DNA of 64,000 nucleotides from Candidatus Woesearchaeota archaeon (GTDB lineage: Archaea; Nanobdellota; Nanobdellia; SCGC-AAA011-G17; JACPIM01): the NCBI GenBank assembly GCA_016188045.1, contig JACPIM010000002.1, positions 17,198 through 81,197 of the forward strand, written 5' to 3'. How positions within the stretch are numbered: position 1 is the stretch's first letter; every line of letters starts with the position of its first letter. The notes under the pieces were generated by a model. The model was not told where the DNA came from. It saw only the letters and a list, made by a program, of their open reading frames with translations, and ran no database searches. The position numbers and the translations under genes were made by a program. Positions 37,220 through 47,072 of the stretch are shown one piece after another.

Positions 37220-38311
37220 ATGGTAAAGATCTCTGGCTATATTACTAATCTTAATGTTCTAAAAAAAGGGGTAGACTACTTTTTTAAGTTTATGTTCAGC
37301 CCAAATTCAACTATGAAAAGGAAAATCAATCTTCTTTCCGCCTTAATACAATGGAAAGTACTAGAGAGAGATAGATTAACCAGCTATCCCATAAAAGTAA
37401 ACATAGATCCAGGAAACGTATGTAATCTGCATTGTAAGGCCTGCCCGACAGGTATTGGTTTAGAAGGCAGAGCAAAAGGTTTAATGAATTGGAAAACCTA
37501 CAAAAAAATAATAGATGAAATAGGGGATTACTTGTTTGAAGTTGATTTATACAGTTGGGGAGAGCCTTTTTTACATAGGCAGATTTTTGATATGGTGGAC
37601 TATGCTAATCAAAAAAAAATAACTACCATAATCAGCTCTAATTTTATGGTGTTTAATGATGAAATCTGCGAGAAGATAATTAAGTCACAATTAAGTTTAT
37701 TGATAGTTTCCCTGCATGGGGGAAGTCAGGAATCAATAGACTCATATCAAGTAGGTACCGATTTCAATAAAGTAGTAAATAACATGAGAAAAATAGTAGA
37801 AATGAAAAAGAAATTAAATAGCGACAAGCCATTTGTCCAATGGAGAATGGTTGTTACCAAATATAATGAACACGAAATAGAAAAAGTACAGAAAATGGCC
37901 AAGGAACTTGGAGTAAACAGGCTGGAATTGGCCCCATATAGATGTGATATGGCCACTGAGGTTTTGATGAATAATGAAAGACAATTTGAAACTGCCAAAA
38001 CCTTTTTGCCTAAAGACGAAGGTTACTCTATGTATAATTATTCCAATAAGGAAAAGAAAAATATAAAGAATGATGATTGTATCTGGTTGTTTATGCAAGC
38101 AGCAGTAAACTGGAATGGTTCTGTTTCGCCATGTTGTGCCATATGGCATGAAAAATTTGATTTTGGAAATGTGAATGAACTTCCATTTAAAGAAGTATGG
38201 AATAATGAGAAGTATGTGGCAGCAAGAAGACTTAATAAAAAAAATTATAAACCAGACCCAAAACTGGGTTTAGTATGTGCAACTTGTTATAAAAATCAAG
38301 CTCAAATCTAG
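37220..38311 (+). CDS. radical SAM enzyme with C-terminal SPASM/twitch Cys cluster
   Basis: VNIDPGNVCNLHCKACP (C-x3-C-x2-C) and a C-terminal CIWLFMQAAVNWNGSVSPCCAIW...CATC auxiliary cluster. Confidence 0.75.
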   Translation: MVKISGYITNLNVLKKGVDYFFKFMFSPNSTMKRKINLLSALIQWKVLERDRLTSYPIKVNIDPGNVCNLHCKACPTGIGLEGRAKGLMNWKTYKKIIDEIGDYLFEVDLYSWGEPFLHRQIFDMVDYANQKKITTIISSNFMVFNDEICEKIIKSQLSLLIVSLHGGSQESIDSYQVGTDFNKVVNNMRKIVEMKKKLNSDKPFVQWRMVVTKYNEHEIEKVQKMAKELGVNRLELAPYRCDMATEVLMNNERQFETAKTFLPKDEGYSMYNYSNKEKKNIKNDDCIWLFMQAAVNWNGSVSPCCAIWHEKFDFGNVNELPFKEVWNNEKYVAARRLNKKNYKPDPKLGLVCATCYKNQAQI

Positions 38312-39411
38312 ATTCCAGTATACAAGTTTAGAAGTTTTTCTCCAATAACATCTTCTCTAAATTGTTTGGCAAATTCTTGTGCATTTTTTATAACAGAATC
38401 ATTACTTTTATAATTATTTAATAATTTTCTTAATTCATTATGATCATTTATTTCAAACAAATAGCCATTTTCACCATTTTTTATTAATTCTTTTCCACCA
38501 TCAGTTTTAGAACCCATTACAATTAAACCAGCAGCCATAGCCTCAATTAATACCTGTGGCATGGCTTCTCTTAAGCTAGGCAAAACTAAAACATCATGTT
38601 CATTGAATAATTTAATCTTATCTTCCTTTTTAAAAATCGGACCAATAAACCTTATTCTATGGCTAGCACCATAAGACACAATAAGTTTTCTTAATTTATT
38701 GTAATATTCTTCATCATAAGGTCCAACAAGATCTACCTTTATATTTTCAAGTTCACTAACCGCATTAATCAAACAGTCTATATTTTTTATAGGGCTAATC
38801 CTGCCTAAAAATAAAATTCTTGGAACTTCTCTCTGTGACCATTGTCTTTCTATAAACAATTCACCTGGAATGCTATTCGGCATATAAACAATTTTATCCT
38901 TGCTTACTCCAAGATCAAACAAACAAGGTTCTTCCCATTTAGTTATAGTAATTATTTTTTTAAAATTATTTAATTCTTTTTTATATCTTAGATCATATGT
39001 TGCTGCTAAGATACTCAGAATATTGCCTCTAATTTCTCTACTAACAAAGGGGGCATGTGTTGTTAAAAAACAAGGTTTATTTGATTTCTGAGCGTATTTT
39101 AATGCAAAATGCGTACAAGGATGTCTATAAACATGTGCGTGAACTACATCAGGATTTAGTTTAAAAAATTCTTTTTTAAATTTCCAAACTAAAACATTTT
39201 CACTTAACCTAGTAGCATTAAACCTGTGTATCTTAATTCCTTCATATTCCTCATAGTTAGATGATTTCTCATTAGTTCCTTTTATAATGTTGCTAGAAAA
39301 AACACGAACTTCATTTCCCTTGCTAATTAAGTACCTGGCGTCATTATAAACTCTGTTCCAAACGCCACATACACTAGGGTAAGAAAAATCAGTTACTAAA
39401 AGTATTTTCAT
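38308..39411 (-). CDS. GT4 glycosyltransferase (GT-B)
   Basis: MKILLVTDFSYPSVCGVWNRV N-terminus and a LPSLREAMPQVLIEAMAAG E-x7-E motif. Confidence 0.8.
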   Translation of the reverse strand: MKILLVTDFSYPSVCGVWNRVYNDARYLISKGNEVRVFSSNIIKGTNEKSSNYEEYEGIKIHRFNATRLSENVLVWKFKKEFFKLNPDVVHAHVYRHPCTHFALKYAQKSNKPCFLTTHAPFVSREIRGNILSILAATYDLRYKKELNNFKKIITITKWEEPCLFDLGVSKDKIVYMPNSIPGELFIERQWSQREVPRILFLGRISPIKNIDCLINAVSELENIKVDLVGPYDEEYYNKLRKLIVSYGASHRIRFIGPIFKKEDKIKLFNEHDVLVLPSLREAMPQVLIEAMAAGLIVMGSKTDGGKELIKNGENGYLFEINDHNELRKLLNNYKSNDSVIKNAQEFAKQFREDVIGEKLLNLYTGI

Positions 39412-39776
39412 TTTTTAGGTTGTTTAGCTTGATTATCTATTAAATCTCTATATGGCTCGTAATATTTACATTGAAATTTACCATCCCACCATTCTAGCAT
39501 AACAGTATCAGTTATTGATCGGAATAAATGTGGCGTTTCAGGTGGTATAGAAATAAAATCATTTGGACCCTTTCTTATTATAACATCTTTATCATCTTGT
39601 CTTAATGTTATTTCCATTTCCCCACTTAATATCGCATCATATTGAGTATTAGGATGATAATCTCCGCTTCTTAATACACCGGCTTTAGTAACAAGAACAT
39701 TAAATTTTACACCACCAATGTCTAATCTATGTATCTCCCCTCTATGATCCTTATAAACCGGTTCATCTAATCCCAT
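39408..39776 (-). CDS. cupin-fold protein, RmlC/FdtA-like putative NDP-sugar epimerase/isomerase
   Basis: 122 aa with DHRGEIHRL and cupin beta-strand periodicity. 4-nt overlap with the GT4 gene. Confidence 0.45.
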   Translation of the reverse strand: MGLDEPVYKDHRGEIHRLDIGGVKFNVLVTKAGVLRSGDYHPNTQYDAILSGEMEITLRQDDKDVIIRKGPNDFISIPPETPHLFRSITDTVMLEWWDGKFQCKYYEPYRDLIDNQAKQPKK

Positions 39777-39788
39777 TATAACCCCCCA

Positions 39789-40559
39789 TCAAATGTTCTC
39801 TAGTTTTACAAACTCACTTCTTTCAGATATGAAGTAGAGTATCTTATCTAACTTATTTAAAAATCTATCTAATTTACATATTTTATAAGTTAAACTATCA
39901 TTAATCTCTATAAAGTCCCATGAATGACAATAAAAAACAATAACTTTTCTTCTTTTCAATAATAAAAATAAAAACTTCATTAAAAACAAAGGCAATATCC
40001 TTAAAGAATATCCAACAAAAGGAATAACTAAAGCAGAAGTTGGAATTTCTAAAACTCCATTTTTTTTATAAGGATTACTTTTAGAAAAAAACTGCCTTAA
40101 AAAACCAAATATGCTTTTATTAGATCCTCTAATCAAATGAACTAGTTGTAAAATATCTTTGGAAGCATTTGATGAATCATACTTAAATCCATTTTCTTTC
40201 AATAATTTAAAAGTATTTTCATCAATACTATGTTGCGGTGCCCTAAAACCATTAACTTTTAATCCATATTTTCTAAAAATTTTTAAACCTTTTTTTATAT
40301 CGTTATTCTTTTCTTCATTATCCATCTTGTCAAATCTTTTATGATCATAAGAATGAAATCCTACTTCCCATCTATTATTTTGTAATCTCTTAAATATCTC
40401 ACCATATTTTTCAATAACCTCTCCGGTAACAAACAAAGTAGGTTTAATTTTGTATTTTTCAACTATTTTCTCAAAAATTTTTAATCCTTCAGTAACACCC
40501 AAATAATCTCCGCTATGTAAATCTCTCTCAACATCAACAGATATATTAACAAAAGTCAT
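39789..40559 (-). CDS. polysaccharide deacetylase (CE4/NodB family)
   Basis: VDVERD (Asp motif) and GFHSYDHKRF (H-S/T-x-x-H) motifs. Confidence 0.55.
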   Translation of the reverse strand: MTFVNISVDVERDLHSGDYLGVTEGLKIFEKIVEKYKIKPTLFVTGEVIEKYGEIFKRLQNNRWEVGFHSYDHKRFDKMDNEEKNNDIKKGLKIFRKYGLKVNGFRAPQHSIDENTFKLLKENGFKYDSSNASKDILQLVHLIRGSNKSIFGFLRQFFSKSNPYKKNGVLEIPTSALVIPFVGYSLRILPLFLMKFLFLLLKRRKVIVFYCHSWDFIEINDSLTYKICKLDRFLNKLDKILYFISERSEFVKLENI

Positions 40560-41251
40560 TTCTCAGCAATAAAATGTAAAAAAAATCCGAAATATTTTCC
40601 TTTAATTTTATTTAATTTATTATCCATATAATTAAAAATATTAGCAACCCTTAAATGTGGCGATATAAAATACTTAGAATTCTTGAATCCAGCCATATGC
40701 AAAAGTTTTCTAAATTCCATTGGAGTAAAAGATTTCTCATACCCAATATCCCATTTTCCAATCAGCATTTTAAATCTTTTAGTTAAATGAAAAAAAGATA
40801 GTTTATTTGGAACTGTTAAATATATCTTACCGTTTTTTTTCAAAACCCTATAAATCTCTCTTAACACTTGTTCAGTTTCAGGAACATGCTCTACTGTGCC
40901 TAAAGAAAATATTTTATCAAAACTTTCATTTTGAAAAGGCATTTTTCTCATGTCTCCCAGCTTTATATCTAGCTCTTTTGACAATTTCTTCTTAATGGCA
41001 GTCTCAGATATTTCAATTCCAGTACATTTTACATCTTTAATTTTTCTTCTAATATCTTCTAAATGCGCTCCAGGGCCAGCACCAATATCCAACACAACAT
41101 CCTCTTTCTTTATATCCAAAATATTCATTATAAAAGAAGCATCGCTAACAGTTTCACCAAAATAATGTGTTTTCCTTTCAGAATAGTATTTTTCCCAAGC
41201 GTTTACCATTTCTCCAAGACCACTGAAACTTTTTTTGCGATAATATCCCAA
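40556..41251 (-). CDS. class I SAM-dependent methyltransferase
   Basis: VLDIGAGPGAH (motif I) and IFSLGTVEHVP. Confidence 0.7.
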   Translation of the reverse strand: MGYYRKKSFSGLGEMVNAWEKYYSERKTHYFGETVSDASFIMNILDIKKEDVVLDIGAGPGAHLEDIRRKIKDVKCTGIEISETAIKKKLSKELDIKLGDMRKMPFQNESFDKIFSLGTVEHVPETEQVLREIYRVLKKNGKIYLTVPNKLSFFHLTKRFKMLIGKWDIGYEKSFTPMEFRKLLHMAGFKNSKYFISPHLRVANIFNYMDNKLNKIKGKYFGFFLHFIAEK

Positions 41252-42243
41252 TCATATTCTTTGGCTTTATTTTTACCGTTCATACCTATAAAATTAGCAA
41301 AATTCTCATCATTAACTAATTTTAATAATTTTTTTCCAAGTTCATTGTAACTTCCAGGTTCAAATAATAAAAGATCTTCTTTATCAGAAAAAATATTCCT
41401 CATCCCATTTAGATTAGAAGAAATAACCGGTCTTCCAGAAGCCAATCCTTCTAACAAAGCCGGCCAAGGCAAGGCCTCCCATAATGAAGGATAAACTAAA
41501 ATATATGAAGACACAAGTTCTTGAAATAATTCTTTTCTATCTAAGATAAATCCCCTCCAAAGAATCTTGCTATCAGAAAACTCATTCATAAGTTCTTTTG
41601 CATAATCATTAATATTCCCGATTATCTCTAGCCTAAAATTAGGAATTTTATCTTTTATTTCATAAAATGCTTTAAGTAAATAGATTATTCCTTTTTGTTC
41701 ATGTATCCTACCAACAAAAGTTATCTTATTACTAACTCTAACTTTTATTTCTTTGTAAATTTTAGTATCAACGCCATTTGGTATGTAAGTCATATTATTA
41801 AACTCCTTTTTCAAAATTTCTCTATCAGCTAAACTGACAACTATAATCTTATCTGAGAATTTTAGAAAATTCTTGAATATAAACCATAAAAACTTATTAT
41901 CATAAAACTTGAATCCTTTAATTCCATGTATAGTTGCAACAGTTTTAAATTTAATTTTAAAAATTGGTAAAAATAAAAACAGGTAATTCTCATGTATATG
42001 CACCACTTTGAATTTAGATAAAAAGATCCTAGGAATTTTTAAAAAAATACTAATAAAAAAAAACAAGCTCTTTAAATAACTAATTTTAGTTTTAATTAAA
42101 TTAATTTCAATCTTATCCTCGCATAAACTCCATCTTTGGGTTAAAACAGTTACATTTTTTAATCTAGAAGAAACCTCAAATATATGCCTTTCACTCCCTC
42201 CTTCTAACGGAGGAGTCAATCCAATCATTAATGTTTTAAGCAT
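41203..42243 (-). CDS. GT4 glycosyltransferase (GT-B)
   Basis: EALPWPALLEGLASGRPVI E-x7-E motif. Start moved to ATG 42243 (MLKTLMIG) because the table start at 42273 is a GTG. Confidence 0.75.
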   Translation of the reverse strand: MLKTLMIGLTPPLEGGSERHIFEVSSRLKNVTVLTQRWSLCEDKIEINLIKTKISYLKSLFFFISIFLKIPRIFLSKFKVVHIHENYLFLFLPIFKIKFKTVATIHGIKGFKFYDNKFLWFIFKNFLKFSDKIIVVSLADREILKKEFNNMTYIPNGVDTKIYKEIKVRVSNKITFVGRIHEQKGIIYLLKAFYEIKDKIPNFRLEIIGNINDYAKELMNEFSDSKILWRGFILDRKELFQELVSSYILVYPSLWEALPWPALLEGLASGRPVISSNLNGMRNIFSDKEDLLLFEPGSYNELGKKLLKLVNDENFANFIGMNGKNKAKEYDWDIIAKKVSVVLEKW

Positions 42244-42258
42244 TTTTCTTTCCTTATT

Positions 42259-42290
42259 TTGGGGTCTTAGCACTTTTTAAAAGGGCTAAT
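42259..42290. repeat. palindromic motif copy B (ttttggggtcttagcactttttaaaagggctaat)
   Basis: About 26/31 identity to copy A, with a 10-bp stem carrying one mismatch. It overlaps the 5' end and start region of the GT4 gene 41203..42243. Confidence 0.5.
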
Positions 42291-42415
42291 AAAGAAACCT
42301 ATAAAAAACTACCGTTAATAAGGATTTACTACCGCAGCGAACACCATTTAAAGATAAAGTTTATTAATATTAAAATCAAAATCATTAAAAACAGGAGTTT
42401 TGTTAAAATTTTAAA

Positions 42416-43849
42416 ATGAGATTTAAAAGAGTTATGTTTGTAATACCTGCACAACAATTTTACTATCCAGACTTCCCGCAAGCAGGAATCGGCTACTTGT
42501 CAGAACTTCTATTAAAACACAGTATAGATAATTCTGTTATTGATATGCGTCTAGGCTACACCATAGAACAAGCACTAGAAAAAATAAAGAAATTTAATCC
42601 AGACTTGGTTTGCGTATCTTTAACAACGTATAACAGAGATATTGGATATGAAGTAGTTAATAAATTAAAGGAAAATAATTACGTTGTGTTTGCCGGTGGT
42701 CCTCATGTTTCAACTTTAAAAACAGCAGTTCTAAAAGAATGTAAGGCAAATTTTGCAGTAAAGTTAGAAGGAGAATATCCATTGTTAGAATTATGCCAGG
42801 GTAAAGAGCTAAGCGAAATAAAAAACCTAATTTTCAGAAACGGCAATGAAATAATTGAAAATGAAAACAGGCCGTTTATTTATAATTTGGATGAACTCCC
42901 CTTCCCCAAATATGAGAAATTTGAGTTTGATAAATATAAAAACTCAAGTATTTCTTTAGTAACATCTCGTGGTTGCCCATATCAATGCACCTTTTGTTCA
43001 GTAAGATTTGCATCAGGCATGCCTTTCAGGGCGAGATCACCAGAACATGTCTTAGAAGAAATAAAGTATTGGCACGATAAAGGTTTCAAATATTTCCACA
43101 TAATAGATGATAATTTCACTTTGCATAAAAGCAGAGTTAAAGCGATTTCAGATAAAATAATAGAATCAGGATTAAAAATTACTATTGCCTGTGATGGTGT
43201 TAGAGCAGATATGGTAGATAGGGAAGTATTAACTTCAATGAAGCAGGCAGGATTCAAATATGTTTCATTTGGAGTTGAAGGTGGAAATAATAAAATTATG
43301 AAAGCAATTAAAAAGGGAGAAACAATAGAACAAATTGAAGAAGCGATTAAACTTTCAACAGAACTTGGCTTTGATGTGTTCTTATTTTTCCAAGTGGGTT
43401 CTCAATCAGAAACTTTGGAGGATGTAAAGGATTCAATAAACTTAGCATTAAAATATCCAATAGTTGGAGCAAACTTTTATAACGTTGTTCCTTACCCAGG
43501 AACAGAACTGTTTGATTATGTAAAGAAAAATAATTTATTCATAATACAACCAGAAGAGTATATTAAAGAAATTCCTTATTTTGGAGATGATCCTGTTTTT
43601 GAAACTCCAGAATTTCCAGTAGAGGAAAGAAGACAAGCCTTGAAAATGGCTAGAGCAGCAGCAACAAAAATAAAAAGAAAGGCATTAAAAAGAAGACTTC
43701 AAAAATTAGGAACTTTTGGAAACTTTGCTTATCTATTTTTAAGATACGAATTTGTAAAAGAAAAAGTTGTAAATCAAACTTTGATGAAATCTGGTTTTTT
43801 AAGAAAAATAATCTCACCCCAAATATCAAAAATGTTTATAGAGAACTAA
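42416..43849 (+). CDS. B12-binding-domain radical SAM protein (class B radical SAM methyltransferase-like)
   Basis: N-terminal B12-binding-like domain (VMFVIPAQQ..., VCVSLTTYN) and SRGCPYQCTFCS (C-x3-C-x2-C). Confidence 0.8.
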   Translation: MRFKRVMFVIPAQQFYYPDFPQAGIGYLSELLLKHSIDNSVIDMRLGYTIEQALEKIKKFNPDLVCVSLTTYNRDIGYEVVNKLKENNYVVFAGGPHVSTLKTAVLKECKANFAVKLEGEYPLLELCQGKELSEIKNLIFRNGNEIIENENRPFIYNLDELPFPKYEKFEFDKYKNSSISLVTSRGCPYQCTFCSVRFASGMPFRARSPEHVLEEIKYWHDKGFKYFHIIDDNFTLHKSRVKAISDKIIESGLKITIACDGVRADMVDREVLTSMKQAGFKYVSFGVEGGNNKIMKAIKKGETIEQIEEAIKLSTELGFDVFLFFQVGSQSETLEDVKDSINLALKYPIVGANFYNVVPYPGTELFDYVKKNNLFIIQPEEYIKEIPYFGDDPVFETPEFPVEERRQALKMARAAATKIKRKALKRRLQKLGTFGNFAYLFLRYEFVKEKVVNQTLMKSGFLRKIISPQISKMFIEN

Positions 43850-43994
43850 TCCTTAAAACAAATTTTATCTAAACAATAGTTTTATAAAGTATATTTTATA
43901 ATGGTATTGTCTTAATTTAGGGTGATGAATTTACTGTCTTATTTGGGTGATTTAGTCCTCAAATTCCTTATCTTCTTCTCCGTTAGACAAGGCT

Positions 43995-44045
43995 TTGTGT
44001 ATTAAGTAGCTCTTGTGTATAAAGTCTAATTTTTGTGTAAAAAGT
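43995..44045. promoter_or_regulatory. three ~13-nt direct repeats TTGTGTAttAAGT / TTGTGTAtaAAGT / TTGTGTAaaAAGT upstream of the RM gene
   Basis: The units sit at a regular spacing of about 16 nt in the divergent intergenic region. They overlap a possible 54-aa minus-strand membrane ORF (44026..44190). Confidence 0.3.
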
Positions 44046-44240
44046 CCCTGAATAGTAAAATGATGTTTCCAACAATAAAAACACCAGCTAAGATAAGCCA
44101 GGTAAGATTATCTGTGACCACAGTTATAAACATAAACAAGATTGCTAAAATACTAAGTCCTGTTTTTATAATATCATTAGCTATTGTCATTTTTTAATCA
44201 CCATATAACTTTAAATATTAAAGATTTGCCTTATTTAAAG

Positions 44241-46955
44241 ATGATGGGGACAACATCTAAGGAAAAGGCTAAAGAAGAACTTAAAAAACTTATTGAAGAC
44301 TTTAAGATTAATTATCAAGACTACAAGAAGTTAGCAGAAGCAGATATAGAAACAAAGCTAGTTGAAGAATTATTTATTAAAGTATTAGGGTGGACTAAAA
44401 ATGACTTTTTTAAACAAACAAAGACAAGAAGAGAAAGTAAAGGTGGAAGAGCTGATTACGAGTTTAGAATTAATGATAGAATAGTCTTTTTTTTAGAAGT
44501 TAAAAAAGTAGATGTTAATTTAGATAAAGAGGCTAATAAACAAGTAATATCTTATGCTCTTTCAAGAAGAATCCCTTTTGCGATTTCTACCAATTTTAGA
44601 CAATTAAATATTTTCTGTGTTGAACAAGAAAACGCAGTTAATAATGTATTTAGAACTTTTAAAAGTCCAGATGATTACCTCAACAGTTTTGAGGATTTGA
44701 TGTTTCTATCTAAAAAATATTTTGAAAATGGTTTAACCCTAAAAAAAGCAGAAGATGAAAGAAGATTAAAAAAGAGGATAACTATTGACAAAACCTTACT
44801 GAATGATTTTATGCATATAAGAAGCTTGATAGCTAATGATATAGAAAAAAATTATTATGGAACATATGGTATTAATGATAAAGACGAGATAGTACAAAGA
44901 ATTTTAGATAGATTAATTTTTATTAGAAAATGTGAAGATACGGGGATTAATCCAGAAAATATCGTCTTAAGAGAAGTACAATCATTACCACATAACAAAG
45001 CATATCCCAAATTAAAGGAAATTTTTAAGAAATATAATGATATTTACAATAGTGGGCTTTTCGCTATTACGAGAGATAATGATTGTGATACTATAGACGT
45101 TAATGGATTAATAATAAAAGAATTAATTGATTATTTATACGAATCCAAAGATAAACAATATGTCTATAATTTTGATTGGATTGATGCCGATATTTTAGGA
45201 CAAGTTTATGAGCAGTATTTAGGAAAGATATTGGCTCAAACAAAATCAGGTAAGGCTAAACTTAAGGATGGACAATATCATAGAAAAGAACAAGGAATAT
45301 ATTATACTCCAACTTATGTGGTAGATTATATTGTTAAGAGTACGTTAGGGGAATTATTAAAGGATAAAAAAATTGAAGTTAAGAAGTTAAAAATATTAGA
45401 CCCCGCCTCTGGTTCTGGGAGTTTCTTGATTAAAGCATTTGATTACCTAAATGAAGATATATCCAAAACAGATGAATCTAAACAAAGAAAATTCGATAGT
45501 CAGGGGCTTTATTCTATTAAAACAGAAATTTTAAAGAATAACTTATATGGTGTAGATTTGGATAACAAAGCTGTGGAAATAACTAAATTAAACTTACTCC
45601 TTAAGGCTTCTGAAAAGGATAGAAAATTACCTGAAGAACTTGATAGACATATAAAACATGGAAACAGTCTAGTTGATGATGAAAATATTGATAAAAATGC
45701 ATTTAATTGGGAGGATGATTTTAAAGAAGGTAGTTTTGATGTAGTTATAGGTAATCCGCCTTATGTTTTTACAAGAGATGTTGAATTTCAGGATTTATTC
45801 AAAAATTATGTAGCAAAACATTACTTAAATGCTTCAGAATCAATTTCAAAAAGCCATGCGAGACAATCAGGGAAAGTTAATCTATATGCTTTATTTTTAA
45901 TTAAAGGAATTAGGTTGCTTAAAAATCACGGCTTATTTGGATTTATTATACCAAATAATATCTTGAGAACTACTACTTATGACATAATAAGAAAATTTAT
46001 CTTAGATAATTGTAAAATTCTAAAAATCGTTGATTTGGGAGTGGGTGTTTTTGAAGGCGTTACTGCTTCAACTATAATCTTAATCCTAGAAAAAGAGAAT
46101 GAAAAAACAAAAAGGGACAAAAATAAAGCTAGTATTTATTCAGATGTTAACAATTCATCAGATAAAAAGGAAGTTGAACAAAAAGAATTTTTAGGTAATA
46201 CTAGCTATGCCTTTAATATAACTTTGGGAAAAGAAGATAGAACCCTTTTTGATAAAATAGAAAAAAACACGATTCCTTTAGGTGGAATAACCACTATCCA
46301 TGCAGGAGGGATAGCGACAGGAAAAAATAAAAAAGAGATGATAGAAAACTATCCTAAAAATTCTAAATATAAAAAGATGTTAGAAGGCAAAGACATAAAC
46401 CCCTACTATCCTCAATTCTCAAATAGGTATATTTTATATGAAAAGAAACTGTTGTATAGGGCAAGAGAAGAATCTATATTCCTAAACCCAGAGAAATTGG
46501 TTACGCAAAGAATAGGCGGGGGGAATAAGGTTTTGGTTGTAAGCTATGATAACCAACAATTCTATACTTTCAATTCTACAAACACCATTCTTCCTAAGGA
46601 CAAAAATTATCCTTTGAAATATCTTGTTGCAGTATTAAACTCAAAGTTAATAAATTGGTATTATGTAAATAAATTTACTAATAAATCTGAATTAACAGTT
46701 AATATATCAAAAACATTCTTAGAACAACTTCCCATAAAAGATACTTCTGAATCCCGAAAACGAGTAATTATAGAAATGGTAGATAAAATTATAAGTTATA
46801 ACAAAGACTTGGCAAGATTGGGTGATAAAACTACATCTGAAACTAAAGAACTGAATGATAAGATAGAAAAGTTAGATAAAGAAATTAATAAAACTGTTTA
46901 TGATTTATATGGGATTACTGAAAAAGAAAAGGAAATAATTGAAAAACTGGAATAG
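44241..46955 (+). CDS. Type IIG/IIL restriction-modification enzyme (MmeI-like: N-terminal endonuclease + N6-adenine methyltransferase + TRD in one chain)
   Basis: About 905 aa. LDPASGSGSFLI (motif I), VVIGNPPYVFTRD (NPPY motif IV, N6-A MTase) and an N-terminal PD-(D/E)xK-like ADYEF..FLEVKK. Size and order match MmeI. Start taken at ATG 44241 rather than the table TTG at 44184. Confidence 0.75.
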   Translation: MMGTTSKEKAKEELKKLIEDFKINYQDYKKLAEADIETKLVEELFIKVLGWTKNDFFKQTKTRRESKGGRADYEFRINDRIVFFLEVKKVDVNLDKEANKQVISYALSRRIPFAISTNFRQLNIFCVEQENAVNNVFRTFKSPDDYLNSFEDLMFLSKKYFENGLTLKKAEDERRLKKRITIDKTLLNDFMHIRSLIANDIEKNYYGTYGINDKDEIVQRILDRLIFIRKCEDTGINPENIVLREVQSLPHNKAYPKLKEIFKKYNDIYNSGLFAITRDNDCDTIDVNGLIIKELIDYLYESKDKQYVYNFDWIDADILGQVYEQYLGKILAQTKSGKAKLKDGQYHRKEQGIYYTPTYVVDYIVKSTLGELLKDKKIEVKKLKILDPASGSGSFLIKAFDYLNEDISKTDESKQRKFDSQGLYSIKTEILKNNLYGVDLDNKAVEITKLNLLLKASEKDRKLPEELDRHIKHGNSLVDDENIDKNAFNWEDDFKEGSFDVVIGNPPYVFTRDVEFQDLFKNYVAKHYLNASESISKSHARQSGKVNLYALFLIKGIRLLKNHGLFGFIIPNNILRTTTYDIIRKFILDNCKILKIVDLGVGVFEGVTASTIILILEKENEKTKRDKNKASIYSDVNNSSDKKEVEQKEFLGNTSYAFNITLGKEDRTLFDKIEKNTIPLGGITTIHAGGIATGKNKKEMIENYPKNSKYKKMLEGKDINPYYPQFSNRYILYEKKLLYRAREESIFLNPEKLVTQRIGGGNKVLVVSYDNQQFYTFNSTNTILPKDKNYPLKYLVAVLNSKLINWYYVNKFTNKSELTVNISKTFLEQLPIKDTSESRKRVIIEMVDKIISYNKDLARLGDKTTSETKELNDKIEKLDKEINKTVYDLYGITEKEKEIIEKLE

Positions 46956-47072
46956 GGTAAAATAATATCACTTTTAAAGAATAATAAAAATTTATAAAGT
47001 TCCAAAATTATATAATTTTACTATGGAGTGTTGGAAGTGGTGAACCCAACATATGAAATGATAAAAGATAGG

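Noticed and set aside
218-40344. Short ORFs from the six-frame table lying antisense inside or overlapping well-supported genes (e.g. 218..406, 1892..2272, 5973..6254, 6930..7215, 11141..11323, 12024..12461, 15413..15742, 37747..38149, 40159..40344)
   Set aside because: They are fully contained in genes with strong family signatures, have low-complexity S/L/F/I-rich translations typical of antisense AT-rich DNA, and lack start contexts. They are treated as spurious.
44184-44240. Table start codons TTG (44184) for the RM gene and GTG (42273) for the GT4 gene
   Set aside because: Both table starts are non-ATG with weak context, and an in-frame ATG lies shortly downstream (44241; 42243). The conserved N-terminus begins there, so the shorter ATG-initiated forms are preferred.
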